A stretch of DNA of 64,000 bases, the filler included, from Hyphochytrium catenoides (lineage: Eukaryota > Protista > Hyphochytriomycota): NCBI GenBank assembly GCA_900088475.1. It is 10 parts of 10 records of this genome, joined end to end, with 100 filler letters (N's around TTAATTAATTAA, not from the genome) between each part and the next. Parts side by side here need not be neighbours in the genome. Positions count along the whole stretch, not along the records: positions 14,958 to 24,314 come from FLMG01002602.1; positions 24,415 to 26,990 come from FLMG01001479.1; positions 27,091 to 50,447 come from FLMG01004669.1; 7 more parts are not named here. One strand, written 5' to 3'. The translations under genes and the position numbers were made by a program. The notes beneath the pieces are model-generated. The model made no database searches and was not told where the DNA came from. It saw only the letters and a program-made list of their open reading frames with translations. How positions within the stretch are numbered: position 1 is the first letter of the stretch; each line of letters starts with the position of its first letter. Shown here in pieces: positions 24,311-36,962 of this stretch.

Positions 24311-26413
24311 CTTCNNNNNNNNNNNNNNNNNNNNNNNNNNNNNNNNNNNNNNNNNNNNTTAATTAATTAANNNNNNNNNNNNNNNNNNNNNNNNNNNNNN
24401 NNNNNNNNNNNNNNCCTCTGTGCCGGTTTGCAAATAACTGTCAGTGTTCCGCAATAAATCAAGAATAAAGGCATTCCCAAGGCTATTGTATGGTGCCCTG
24501 TCAAGTCAAAGGCCACTAGATGTGCCCACAGTCTGTCTTTTATAACCAACACACTGACAAGAACACCCAAACCGCCAATGACAGTGGGAAACACTGGGAA
24601 ATTTCAAAACTTTTGATTTCGAAAAGGCATAATTCACCAGCTTCATAGACACAATAGACGCCTCGAAATCGTACAATGTTTCAAGCCCTCCACCTCCTAT
24701 TTGGTAGCGGTTAGCGGCAATTTACGCGCTGTGTGTCGTTGATGATAAAGATTTGCGATGTTCGGGTTGGGATCTTCGTTTCTGTCGTCTTCTGGAACCG
24801 TCGTCGCGCTGCACAGTGATCTGATCTTCTTCATCGACGATGGCAGATGTTTCTAGGCGTCATCATAGATCTTCGGAGCGCAATGTTAGTTGCCTTCTTT
24901 GCTTTCGATAAGAGGCGGGCAACTCTTCAGCTGGAAACTGTATTTCTGAATTACTGTATTGCTCAGTGGATGGTGGATGGTGGTGGGGTCAATCATCAGC
25001 GCTATTATTTTCCAATTAGCAATATGATGTGCTGCGAAGGAAGTCGTTTTAATGCTTTATAAGGAAGGTTGCTTTTCTATGCAGCATTTTCCTGCTGGAA
25101 ACAACAAGGAGAGAGATAGAAGCATTCAGCTGCATTGTGGTACTAGCGAGCATCATCGAACGGCCACCCAGGTAGCGGCATAAATAGGGGACCTTAGCGT
25201 AAGAAGAGGGAGCGTGCTGCGATGTACCTAAGGTGCTTGTTATGGGGCACACTACTGCTGGGAAGGCCATGCATCTGACGAGTGATAGGCTCTCTGGTTC
25301 TTTGCTGAAACTGACAAAAAAAGCGCGTAAAGTGGTAAATCTTCGAACCAAAGGAGTTCGATGATGATAGTCGTCATCTTTATTTCTGGACGCAAAGAAT
25401 TAGCAAACCTTTATGAACAACTCTCACTCTACGATAGTTTTATAGTCGTCTCAGTCACCTATCAACGGCGTTTTAACTTCTTCCATGGTGCTCCTACCTT
25501 TTGTGCTTGTTGGTGGGTGGTGTCCTTGGAAACATCAGGTGCCGCATTCTTCGCAATGAGCATTAATTCTTTACAGTTACTACATATTATTATTACTCTA
25601 CGAGCTAAAATGGTAGCAAGAAGGCTTCATGGTGCAAAGAGCAAGCCATTGTTCTTCTTCGTGCTTTTGTCCTTGCATGTTGACTTCCTAGACAAACTTC
25701 AGCCCATAAAACAAGAGACCAGCTGCCAGAGATAAATGAGCGGTGCCACACGCACATATGGAGGAAGGCATGCTAGGTGGGCTTAATGCTTACGCAAGAT
25801 TTGACATGATGGATCTCACCAAGGGTGAGTCAAGATGTGAAGATAATCTATATGCTTTATATACCACAGCCTAGGAGCTTCGCGTGGTAGTAAAGACCTG
25901 TGATATATAGGGGTGTAAGAGAGCGTGCCAATAATGAAGACTTAGCTGCGTTTTGCAAGGCATCATCCGGGAATGAGCAGTGTTTTGACGACGTTATACC
26001 TTAGCTTCGTAATAATAGAAAACGCCTATTTTGCTCTGATCACTACTAGCAGACAACCAGAAAAGAAATAACGACAGGGAACCGTCTGCGTGGGGCCCTG
26101 CAGCACGGCCAACTTAAGCGCCTTAACGATCCTACAAGTACAGCCAAAGCAAGGGTACCTTCAACCTAGCGCTTGGGCCTAGAGTGTTTGAAGGGAGGTG
26201 AACAAAGCGTCATACGAGCGAGGGGCAGAGAGCTTAGGTGAATCTTGGCCTTTCTATCACATGACAAGCGCATCAGATTGTGTTTGATGATCCGCTGATC
26301 GGTACAAACATCTTGACGACGGCAGCTCAGTAGTGGACGGTCTCCACTTTGAACCACTTCAATACGAGAAAGTGGAATGAGATTATTGAAGGAGAAAGAG
26401 CAGTCTTTGTAAG

Positions 26414-26477
26414 CTGGTGATAGTCACTCCAGACCCCATGACATGTAATCTGGTGATAGCCACTCCAGACCCCATGA
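26414..26477 (+). repeat. Tandem direct repeat, 2 copies, period 36 bp
   Basis: ctggtgatagtcactccagaccccatga at 26414 and ctggtgatagccactccagaccccatga at 26450. Confidence 0.9.
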
Positions 26478-27419
26478 GAAGTACAAGTATGGTGTAACCA
26501 AACTAACCAAACACAACGCATACACACGTGTATATAAGACGCCTGTCTCGCTTTCTTTAGTTGTGATGCCGTCGCTAGATTCAATGTAGCTTGAGAACCC
26601 TATTCTTCCTTTTCCTATTCTTCCTTTCCCTCTTGTCTGTTATCTTCTTTCTCTCGCTTCTTTGTGTTGTCCCGACAACTAATAATTCTAAACTCTGTGT
26701 TCTTCTCCTTCCATTCTTGAGGCCCCTTTTCACCCTGTAGTTCTAGGCGAACTTGGATTTGTTCTACATCTCTTCTTTCGGTCCCTCCACCTGCTTGTCG
26801 GCCTAGTCTATTTGCTGTGCTCCTTTCTCATTCTTCGTCACCGCTTGTTGATCGTAGTAGACGATGTCGAACTGTCCCTCATCTATTGAGTAGCCCGTTG
26901 TTCTGTTGCACTACTAGAGTTCTAAGTAGCAGACTCAAATCTGCCAGCTTTTCGGACCTACGGCTATCATTTATTACCCAGGAAGTAGAANNNNNNNNNN
27001 NNNNNNNNNNNNNNNNNNNNNNNNNNNNNNNNNNTTAATTAATTAANNNNNNNNNNNNNNNNNNNNNNNNNNNNNNNNNNNNNNNNNNNNAGAGAGAGAG
27101 AGAGAGAGAGAGAGACAAGATGGGCAAGGAGAAGGCGAGCAGATAAGGGAAAGAGGTAAAGTTGGTCACTAGACAAGAGTGTGCAGGCGTTGTGCACAGT
27201 ATTGATCCACTCCATGAATAGAGAACGGCAGAGAAGTCTAGACACACACAGAGAGGAAGACAGAAAGAAACAGAGAGAGAGAGACAGACAGAGAGAGAGA
27301 GACAGACACAGAGAGAGAGGAGCGCGATAGAAGTTGAAGCTTCACACTTTGAATGAACAGCCGGCCCTTTGGCTTTGGCTTGCACAAGAAAGTGATCCGT
27401 AGCGTGGCTTTCCTTCTAT

Positions 27420-28560
27420 TTAAACACTTCTCTCCAGCTCCTCTATTTCTCTCTTCAGCTCTATCTCCCTTGCCAACTTCTTCTTCTGATCATCGTCAGG
27501 CACCACCTCGCCTTTCTCTACTTTGTCTCGCAGTTCTTTGATTTGCTTTAACTTCTTCTTCAAGGACTTGAGCTTCTTCTCTGGATCCTCTGCTTTTGTT
27601 CCTGCTGCTATCTTATCTTCCTTGGCGTGTTGTCCTTCTTTCTCTTCTGCCACTTTGAGCTTGGATAAGCCCTCCGTGACCGCTCCAGCCTTCCAAGGAG
27701 GGAGGGAGACCAAAGAATAAGGCGAGTCGAACCGGGAGAGAGAGAGAGAGAGAGAGACAACAGAGCAGGCCCATAAAAGAGTAGGATGCAGAGGTGGCGC
27801 TGGTGCCCAAGGAACAAAGAAAGGATAAGAGGAGCACTGTCACCACCAAGAACACGAAGAAACAGCAAGCTGCCATATGTGAAAGGAGGAGAAGCAGATC
27901 ATAAAGGCACAACGCTAGGAGAGAAGGGACAGGCGCAGGTGAGCTTTGAGAGAGCTTTGAGTAGCAGCTGAGCAGGCAGAAGGAAACGTGCAAAAGGATG
28001 CTACCTTTCCGTCCTCTCTCTCGACTTTATCCTTCTCTTCTTTCCTCTTTTGCTTTCTACTCTCATTCCTCCGTGCTGCCTTCGTCAATGGAGCCTTCGG
28101 AGCCGCAGCGGCGGACATTCCAGGTATTAGGCCAGGAATCGACGTCTGTGCCCGCCGAGCCTGCTCCTGTGGATGATCGATCAGACGGCGGCCACGAGCC
28201 AAACTCACGTCAGATACGTCAGATGAAGGCTGAAAGTTCATACCGACGCTGGTGCAGAAAGGGCGATGGAATTCTAAGAAGAGAAAGAGAAGTATAACTT
28301 TCGCCAAATAGCTTGGAGGGAGGACAAGGGCGAAGGGATGGGAGAAGGAGGCGGTCGGGAGGGGAGGAGAGAAGGGGCAGGTTTGTCAATCCTACCCTGG
28401 AGGCACGGGTCTCAAATTTAGCTACTTCATCTTGCGGTACATAGCCAGCTCGGACTCTAATCGCTTTCCGCATGGTGCCATCGGGCCGTCTCGATCCTGG
28501 GATTATCTTATGGCCATCGTCGGCCTCGCTTGAACCTGAGGGAGGTCTCCTGTCCCCCAT
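27420..28560 (-). CDS. PYM1: PYM / partner of Y14 and mago (WIBG), EJC disassembly factor; exons 28560-28396, 28166-28005, ~27689-27420
   Basis: N-terminal Mago-binding motif [31 protein letters not shown] and C-terminal [17 protein letters not shown]...[19 protein letters not shown]. Confidence 0.93.
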
Positions 28561-29281
28561 ATTTCTACCTTGTTAGTGGGCTCTTCGTTGGCCCCTATTT
28601 AGCCTTAATCCACAGCTCTGCTCCTATATCTATAGCCTTCTCCTCCTCTTACAGGGTGAACCTTCAAGCTGAGCCCCAGCCCGGACTTGAGAATCTGGAG
28701 CTCGCTGTCGAGCAGTGGATTTCTTATTTTGAAGCTCCCAGATCCAAGAGAAAAGCCTCTGGAGAGACAGAGCCAGTTAAGACATAGAGCTAATAACTAA
28801 AGTTGGAAAGGAGATACACGGTCAAGAACAAGAGAGAGAAGTGATCAGTATTAGAGAATTACTGACGGGCACTCCCGATTTTATGAGAAGAAACAATTGC
28901 TCCGTGAATCATTGGTAAAATTGAAACTTCCGCCCGATGCTTTTTTACCTAAAGCAGTACCTTGATTTTCGAAGTGAAAGGAACCGTGAAAGCTTCACAT
29001 TTGACGGTATTATCCTTAACTTTGAGATTTATTTTCGTGTTCAGCGATTTGCGCTCTGATGGCGCAGTTTTCTCAAGATTTGTTATGCCTGGTGAAGCTT
29101 TCTGAAGCGATTATCAAGAGCTTTGAGCCCTTAGCAGTCCATCATTGAGACTATTAGCGCCCAAATCGCTAAAGAAGGAGATAGAGAAGCTGATAGAGAT
29201 ACGCTGAGGCTGAGAAAGGTTACCGGGAAGTGTTAGTGCATTAGCCTTAGAGAGGGTCTTTGTATCAGAGGTACACTAGGA

Positions 29282-32200
29282 ATGGGGCCTTATTTTGGCG
29301 AGGAGAGGAGCATCTCCAGTCCGTTCATCACATCTCCCTTTGCTGCCCAGACGGATGGACAATTGCGCTCAGGTCGTCGGTGGCGAAGTCCTGTCTCTTC
29401 TCCCCCTGCAGCGCCATCAAATATTGGTTCTCGGGAACTCAGGAGAAAGGAAGTGTCGTCATATTACGCGGGTCACAAGGTTAGTAGACAGAAGTCTTGC
29501 TGTCATCCTCTTCCTTCTTTCTTCTATTGGCCACATTTTCATCCTTTCGTTGCTCTTCTGTATGTCTTTGACCCTGCATGACCGACTATCTTCCACCTCC
29601 TGCCACCATTTATGACTCACGGGGTGTTCCTTTCCCTTGTCGCAGGTGAAATGCTTGGCGCTGTGCAGCCGCTTCTGGACAGGGAGAAGCAATGGTGATT
29701 TGGATTGTCCCCCAATCGCTACCGGTGGCTGGGATGCTGAGGTGCTAGATATCTCTCTCGCTCCCTCTGCGAGGAGAAGGCGTACCTCGCTTCTCTCTCC
29801 TTCTTTGTTTTCTCCTTTGGGATATCCTCTCTTTGCTGCTTCTTTGTTGTCTCTAGATTTCTCCAAATCACCGCCTCTTTCTCTAAATGTAGCTCGTCCT
29901 TTAACCCTCTTTTAAACTGTGCGTCTCTGCCCTTCGTTCCTCCTCTATCGTCCTCCCGTCGAGCAGAACCAGCCCGGCCTTGTCTTCCACGTCTACCAGC
30001 CCAAGCTCCGAGCAGATCAGCAATGTCTCGAAGGGTAGGAAGGGCCCCTAAAGTCTGACCATAACTTCTACGTTTTTTATGAGATGTCCTTGGAGCTCTC
30101 CTCCTTCCTCTCTTGGACTGTGCATCCTGGGCTTGTAAGAAAAGCTGGGACAAAAATAGTCTTTCCTTAGAGATTCTTCGCACTTGTGTCATCCTATCCA
30201 CCGCAGCCACACCGTGTCCCTAGCTGCTTGTCTCTCTCCCTTGTTTCGGCGATCCTCACGATTCGCCTCTTAGGGAGTACATACCTATAGCGGAGATGGA
30301 TGTGGATGGAGACGTGACGGACTTGAAGGTCAGATAACCTGCTCCGCGGCCCCACTGCTCAGCTCCACTCAAGTATCCAGCCCTCTTGTCCAATCCACTT
30401 CTCCAGTGTTTGCTTCAATAATTTAGTCCTGGACAAGCTTGATTGTCAAAGCTCCCTTTTTCTTTCTCTTTTCTTCTGCGGCACACAGCCTTATGGCTGA
30501 TGGGTTGCGCCTAAGTTCTCTTCATCGAGCCTACGACCCTCCCCGTTGCTCTTCGGATCCCTGTCTATCCTCGGCGCTGACTTGTCATATTAAGTTTGTT
30601 ACGAGGAATGGGAACAACTTTCTACTCTACTCTTCTGGGCAAGGAGCAGTCGGCATCCTTAGGGTAGACGACGGAGGGGACGCGGGCAATTTCCCCCGAT
30701 TCTCCGAGCAGGTAACCAATAGAGGGGATCCTTGGTCACATGCCCTTGCTTTCTCTCTCCCGACTGCGTCTCTTTGCACCTTGTCAAGTTTGCCGTTCTT
30801 ATATCTCTTTCCTTCGCTTCGCCTTTCTCACCAAATATGATCCTTAGACGCCGATGCCTTGGCACGACCTTCCCAAAAGCTATGTCACGGCAGTGGACGT
30901 CCTAGTGGAAGAGAATCGAGCGGTGGCTGTTACCGAAGAGGGAGCCATGGCCATGCTGGACCTCACAGGACCCATCCTGGGAAGAAAAGGTATGGCTCGA
31001 CCTTGCTTCTCGGAAACGATTAAGCTATGAACCTGTTTCTATCTTCAACACCGCATCACCGCACTGCAATTAGCAATGGCATTGATCGTTTGTCTATGTG
31101 CCGCCTATACCTCTTCCCTCGTCGCACCTTAGAAGTGGACGGTTGCGCGCTGAACGCGGTGCGGTTCCAGAAGTCCTCAGATGTAGTGGTGACGGCCGGG
31201 TAAGTGTATGGCTTGGGAGCCTTGCTGCGCGCTCTGCCCTATCGCTTGTCGCTGGCTCCCTGCAGCTGGTGACACCCCTCCAAGACTATTCCCTTTGGGC
31301 TGCGGCGGCGTTCTGTCTTTGTGTCGTTCCGTGACGTGCTCTACTCCCTGCACCCTTGCCAGCTTTGTTCTAAAATGCATCTCGGCGGCCCTCTGTCGAC
31401 TCTCCCCCTGCTTGGGAACGGAACAGGAGTAACCCTAGCAAACAGCTGCAGATATGGGACACATCGACTGGCCTGGGACAGTCACAACTGCAGTTCTGCG
31501 AGTAAGCTTCTAGCTTGACACTGCCTTCCCTCCTTTTTCCATCAGTGGCTTATGGTCCTAGCTCGCTACTAGAACCTCTTACATTCATATTGCGCTATCC
31601 TCTCTCGTCTTGGTCGACCTCTCCACATCGAAGCTACAGGACCTCACTTCTTTGCTCCATCATTTGCTCATTTCGTGGCCCCCAAACATCAGCCCCAGTG
31701 ATGGCGATTTTGTGTCGCTGTCTCTCCATCCCACGCGGCCCGAGATAATCGCTACAGGCTCTAGAGAAGGAAGAGTCACACTATGGGATCTGAGGGGCGG
31801 TGGTCCTCTTCTCACCCAGCCTCTTCACCTTGGAGCTGTCAACGACCTTCTGTTCCATCCCCTCTCTCCTGAAAAGCTCTACACAGCAGGCGCTGATGGC
31901 TCCCTGCTATGCTCATCGCTATCTCCCATAGTCTCGGAGTATACAGCGGTAAACAAACACATTTTTCTGTCTCCTCGGTCAGCCTCTCTTTAGCTGAGTC
32001 AGACTAATCGTCGGTCAATACCTTACAGGTCCCATCCTCTTCCACTTCCTTGGCCTGTTCTCCTCTTCCTCTTAACTGCCTGGCATACGAGGAGAGCACA
32101 GGACAGGTGAGAGACGCAGGAAAGAAAGAGAACGGGAAGACCGCAGCTGAGCGGTCGTCTAGAGAGAAGACACGGCTGCAATCCAACCACTGCTTGCCTA

Positions 32201-32500
32201 ATCTAACGTTGTTGTTCCTCTTGCCCTTCCCCTTCCTATCTGCTGCCCCAACTGCCCGACACAACTTCCCTCTTCTTTCCTGCACACTCGCTTCTGTCAT
32301 CTAACTTATCCTCCCACGTCCCGCGCGCATCGATCGTCCTGTTCTGTCGCTTGGCACTGCTGTTTGGCCGTAACTGCTGTCATCTTCTTTTCTGGTCAAC
32401 TCGACTCCCGCCTTCTACATGAAAGGTGGTCGTTGGTTCTGATGATGAGCACCTTCGGCTTTGCCCAGACCCAACCTCATCGACTCTTTTTTGAGAAATA
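29282..32500 (+). CDS. NUP43: WD40-repeat nucleoporin, Nup43-like (multi-exon; 3' end approximate)
   Basis: Spliced segments IATGGWDAE, VDGDVTDLK|F, LNAVRFQKSSDVVVTAG and VSLSLHPTRPEIIATGSREGRVTLWDLR...HLGAVNDLLFHPLSPEKLYTAGADGSL follow the Nup43 WD40 pattern. Confidence 0.7.
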
Positions 32501-33298
32501 GACTCTATTATAGGTCGCCTCTCCCTTTCACCACGAAACAACAAGCAAGCTATGGCCAGCCGAGAAAGGAAATCGATGTGCGTCCACTAACAGGACAGAT
32601 GCGATCAGGAGCTGGCTAGTACAAAGGTTCCCTTGCGACGGAGAGCAATGGAGGCAGGTCTGTCTTATTGAAAGCAAGAGACATGGCTCATGCCTCAAGA
32701 GGTTGCTGTGCCCTGCACTGATGAAGGAGAACTAGGTTTCCTCGCTGTCGACAAGCTTCTGTCTCTTCCCGCACTCTCGTTCTTCCTTTTTGGCACTATG
32801 TAAAACTGCATTGAGGAAGATGTTGAGACGCTAGTGCCAAAAATGTAGCGTCACCTCAGCAGCTGCTAATGTAAGCTTAACTTCTAGATTGCGTTCTATA
32901 TATACCTTTGCCTAGGCCGTGTCTATGCTCATTCCTAGGGCCACACATGCGAAGACAGAACAGAAATAGAGCAAGAAGAGAGATGCGAAAGCCGACTACT
33001 CTCCCCGACTCGATGTTTGGAGTTAGTTGTGCGCCTAGAGCTAAGGGGCTACGACAGCAAGCAAGACGGAGAAAGGAAGAGGCGAAGCAAGCAAATCACC
33101 GTCATTCTCTGTCAATTTATTCCAGGGTCGTCCTTGCTTGTCCTTGTACTCCTCTATTAGGAAGCAGACCCACAAGGCTGGGGATTGGATTAGGCGTAGG
33201 AGACAGAGAGAAAGAAAACGAGAAAGAAATGAATGAGAAGCAAGCCTTCGTTAATCTGAGAAAAGGCCCTAACCCAGCCAGTGCATTGCCCTTTTCTT

Positions 33299-35456
33299 CT
33301 AACAAATGAACGGCTTCTGCGCGTTGGTGGAGCTGCACTCCAGGCATGGATTCTGACTAAAGCCTTCCTTCGCCAGCTTGGCTCTGACATTGGTCACGAC
33401 TTCGTAGTAGGAGAGGTTCGGATTCTCTTTCAGGGTCGTTATAATGCCGTTTGTCAGTGCGCCAAAGGCTTGAGACTTATCTCCGCTGGGGCAGGCATCT
33501 GCGGAGGTCTCGTGGGACTGGCAGCCAGTGATCAAGACACCTTTATCGGGGTGAAGAGGGTCTTCTTGCTTCTTCGTGGCAGGTACCGGTTGGCTTAAAA
33601 TGGAGTGCAAGAGAAGAGAAAGGTGTAAGGGTGATAGCAATATTGCAAAGAGGTCGGCAACAGTGAAAGAGACAGAGAGAGAGAGAGAGAGAGAGATCCC
33701 CAGGCAGGCAGAGACGGAAAAGAGGATGGAGAGGAGCAAGCTGCGTGTAGGTATAGAAAGATACTAAAACTTGGAGACACTAGCAGAGAGCACATCGAAA
33801 GAAGAGAGTTGCAACTGACAAGGAAAATGTTAAGAAGGGGAAAGGAGAGACAGAAAAAAATAACGTAAGGCTCCGGCAAGTCTAAGGCGCCGCAGGGTCA
33901 GGGAGGAACGCAAATCTGGGACCCAGACGATACGCTCAAGAAATAGAGGAGGAAAAGACGCTAGAGCGCTATAGACGGACAAAGGACTCTGGCATCTCAG
34001 TACCTCTTTCCCTTGGCAAACACCTCAAAAATCGTCTTGAAGTTGATGGGCTTGCCCTGCAGTGCAGAGAGCACAACGCCGCCAATGGCAAGGCCTAGCG
34101 CCGCGTTTCCTCCTCCTCCTCCTCCTCCTCCTCCGCTCCCGCCTCCTGCAGCTTGCATCAGGCCTCCCAAGGCGCCGCCAAGGCCTCCAGAAGAGTGTCC
34201 TCCGCCTCCGCCTCCTCCTCCTCCTGTTGCTGCACTCATCAGCCCACCTAGAGCTCCTCCGAGTCCTCCAGAAGAGTGATGCCCGCCACCTCCTGCTCCT
34301 CCCCCGCCTCCTCCCTGAAGAAGGCTGCCGATAGCTCCTCCAATCCCGCTCTTCTTCCCTTCTCCTCCTCCTCCTCCGCCGCCGCCGCCGCCTTGTAAGA
34401 CAGAAGCGAGAGAGGTCATGTCAAAGCTTCTCTCTCCTCCTCCGTCTCCGCCTGACTGTCCAGCTTTGGCGAGGAGGTTGGCAACTTCTGAGTACTTGGG
34501 GCCAAACAGCTTCTCCAGGGATTTTCCGACCATCTTGCTGCTGTTCTCACCAAAGACGCCCTGCACCGAGACAAAGAGTGAGAGGAATGTGACGGTAGAC
34601 AGAGAGAGAGAGAGAGAGAAAGAGAATGATGGGACCAAGAGATAGCAGGGAAGAAGCGAGAGAAGGATAAGAGAACGAGAGGCCCAAGATGATGTCTTCT
34701 CTTCAAGTCTCTCTTCTCATTGTTATTGCTCCTGAGTGTAACCCTTTCTTCCTCACTTCGAGTCGTGCTCTCAGCGAGTTCTTGCTGTCCTTCTCTTTCG
34801 TCCTTCCTTTTTCTCTCAGATTGTCTCTCTCTATTTCTCTCCTTTTCTTTTGACTCTCTTCCTCTCTCTCTCTCTCGCTCTCGCTATCTTCTCAGCATAC
34901 CTGCAAGGCTGTTCTGACGCCATTGACTGGAACGTCGACTCCGAGCTTCTCACTGAGGATCCGAGTCAGCTCATTCGTTGGAAGAGAACGGTTGCGGATG
35001 TTATGCGCTCCCACTTCTTGAACGGTGCAGCTCCTCCCGCCGCTGCCGCCAGCTATCCCGGACATTAGCTGCGAGAAGGAAGGACCGCCTCCTCCACCAC
35101 CGCTATGGCCTGCGTCCGAACAGAGAGAGAGAGAGAGAGAGACAAGCCGACGAGAAAAAAGAGAGAGGTGAAAAGGCAACAAAAGTGAGTGAGAGACAGG
35201 GAGAGAGACAGGCAGGAGAGGCCCAGATGGGGAGACAGATCAAACGGGAAGATTACGTAAAGACTCTCACCCTCAGGGAGAAAGACAAAAGAGAGAGGAG
35301 AGAGGGGGAGAACCCATAGAAGACGATAGCAGAATTGAAGGGGAGAAGCCCATTGGCTGACAGAAGTAACGAAGAAGGAGAGAAAACACTCTGCTTAGAA
35401 TCTGTTCTCTCTTGCTTCGAGGTCAAAGTGCTATCTTCTCAGCTTATTCTCTCGCA

Positions 35457-35494
<38 letters not shown>

Positions 35495-36312
35495 CGTCTC
35501 CTCTACCTCACCTCCAGCCTTCGGGCCCGTGATCTCAATCTGGCTGTGCTCCAGCATTCCTCCTGAGTGGCAGCAGTCGGCGATGAAGGTGAATTGCACT
35601 CCAGGAGAAAGAGGCTTCACAAGGTCGTGGAGATCATCATCCACAATAATGTTCATGTCCGTTGGACAGATCGCCTCGTCTTTCCCGTCTTCTTCTCTTC
35701 CATTCTCGGCCGGGACCTATTCGAGAAAAGAAGGGATCAGAAAAGGAGAGAGCGTGAGTGGATGAGGGAAGAGTGAGAGAGCAAGAGAGAGGAGAGAGAG
35801 AGAGAGAGAGAGAGCGAGAAGGACCGATGGGGTATTAGATGTAGTGAGAGAGAAAAATGAGAGAGAGACCAAAGGACAGAAGAGGAAGCACACATAGTCA
35901 TTGCAACTCTATCAAGAAAAGCGTTTGATTGCTCTTTATCTCTTTCATTCTCTGTCGCGCTCTGTGTCTCAATCTCTATTTCGCGCAGTTTAACTTTCCC
36001 TCTCCCGATCTGTTTCCTCCCCACCTTTCTCCCCCCTTCTCTCTCTCTCTCCAGCTCGTTTTCTTTCCTTCGGTTGTCTCTCATCCCCTCTCTCTCTCTC
36101 TCTCTTGTTCTCTCTCCTAATTACCTGCGTCCCATGACCTGAGAAGTGGAAGACGATGACGTCTCCATCCGTTGCGTCTCTGATCAGCTCTGCCAGTCTC
36201 TGCTTGATCGCCGCGCCTGTCGGCTTCTCATAGTTTGGATCTGTGTCAATCAGGACGCGGATGTCTTCCTCTCTGAAGCCCTTTAGCTCCACCAGAAGAC
36301 GCTAGGAGAGAC

Positions 36313-36368
<56 letters not shown>

Positions 36369-36627
36369 TTGAGTATAAAAAGAGAGAGAAAGTAACAGAG
36401 AAGCGAGAGTGCGATCAACAGAGAGAGAAAGAGTGAGAGAGAGAAAGAGAGAGAGATGGATGAAGGAAGGAGCAAGAGAAGAAGTCACTACTACTGTTAG
36501 GGGCGAAGAGTGGAGAGACAGTTGGCCGAACGATGATGACAGACAGAGAGAGGTAGAGAAGGGGACTAGAGTGAGAGAGAGGGAGAGAACAGGAAAGACG
36601 GAGACAGCGAGGGCTGAGGAGAGAGAG

Positions 36628-36663
<36 letters not shown>

Positions 36664-36962
36664 TAAGGTACCTTGATGGACATAACATCATTGACACAGC
36701 CGTTGAGAGGGCATTTGGAGCCTGGATAGTTGCATCCGACCAGCAAAGCTTTCTTTCTCCCTCCGGACCCGCCGCCCCCTGCGCCTCTAAGAGGAGGAGC
36801 CGCGGGAGGGAGAGAGGAAGAGTAGAAGTTCTCTCCCTCTTCTCTCCTGAAGTGCGGCGCCGCAGCCTCTCCCCCGGAGCGAGACGCGTGCTGTCCGCCG
36901 CTGGGCTGGCCATAAAAGCCGCCAGAGTAAGCGAAGTTTCGTCTGTTCTCTTCCTCGCTCAT
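33299..36962 (-). CDS. Type II metacaspase (peptidase C14B), 6 exons: 36962-36672, 36301-36125, 35716-35512, 35109-34901, 34560-34004, 33593-33299; 577 aa
   Basis: p20 KKALLVGCNYPG...LNGCVND, catalytic HFSGHG and IADCCHSG, type II linker NRSLPTNELTRILSEKLG...LQGVFGENSS, and p10 GVLITGCQSHETSADACPSGDKSQAFGALTN...NPCLECSSTNAQKPFIC. All introns are GT-AG and the phases are consistent. Confidence 0.95.

Noticed and set aside
26414-26477. CRISPR-like array
   Set aside because: Only two units with an 8-nt gap, eukaryotic context and no cas genes.
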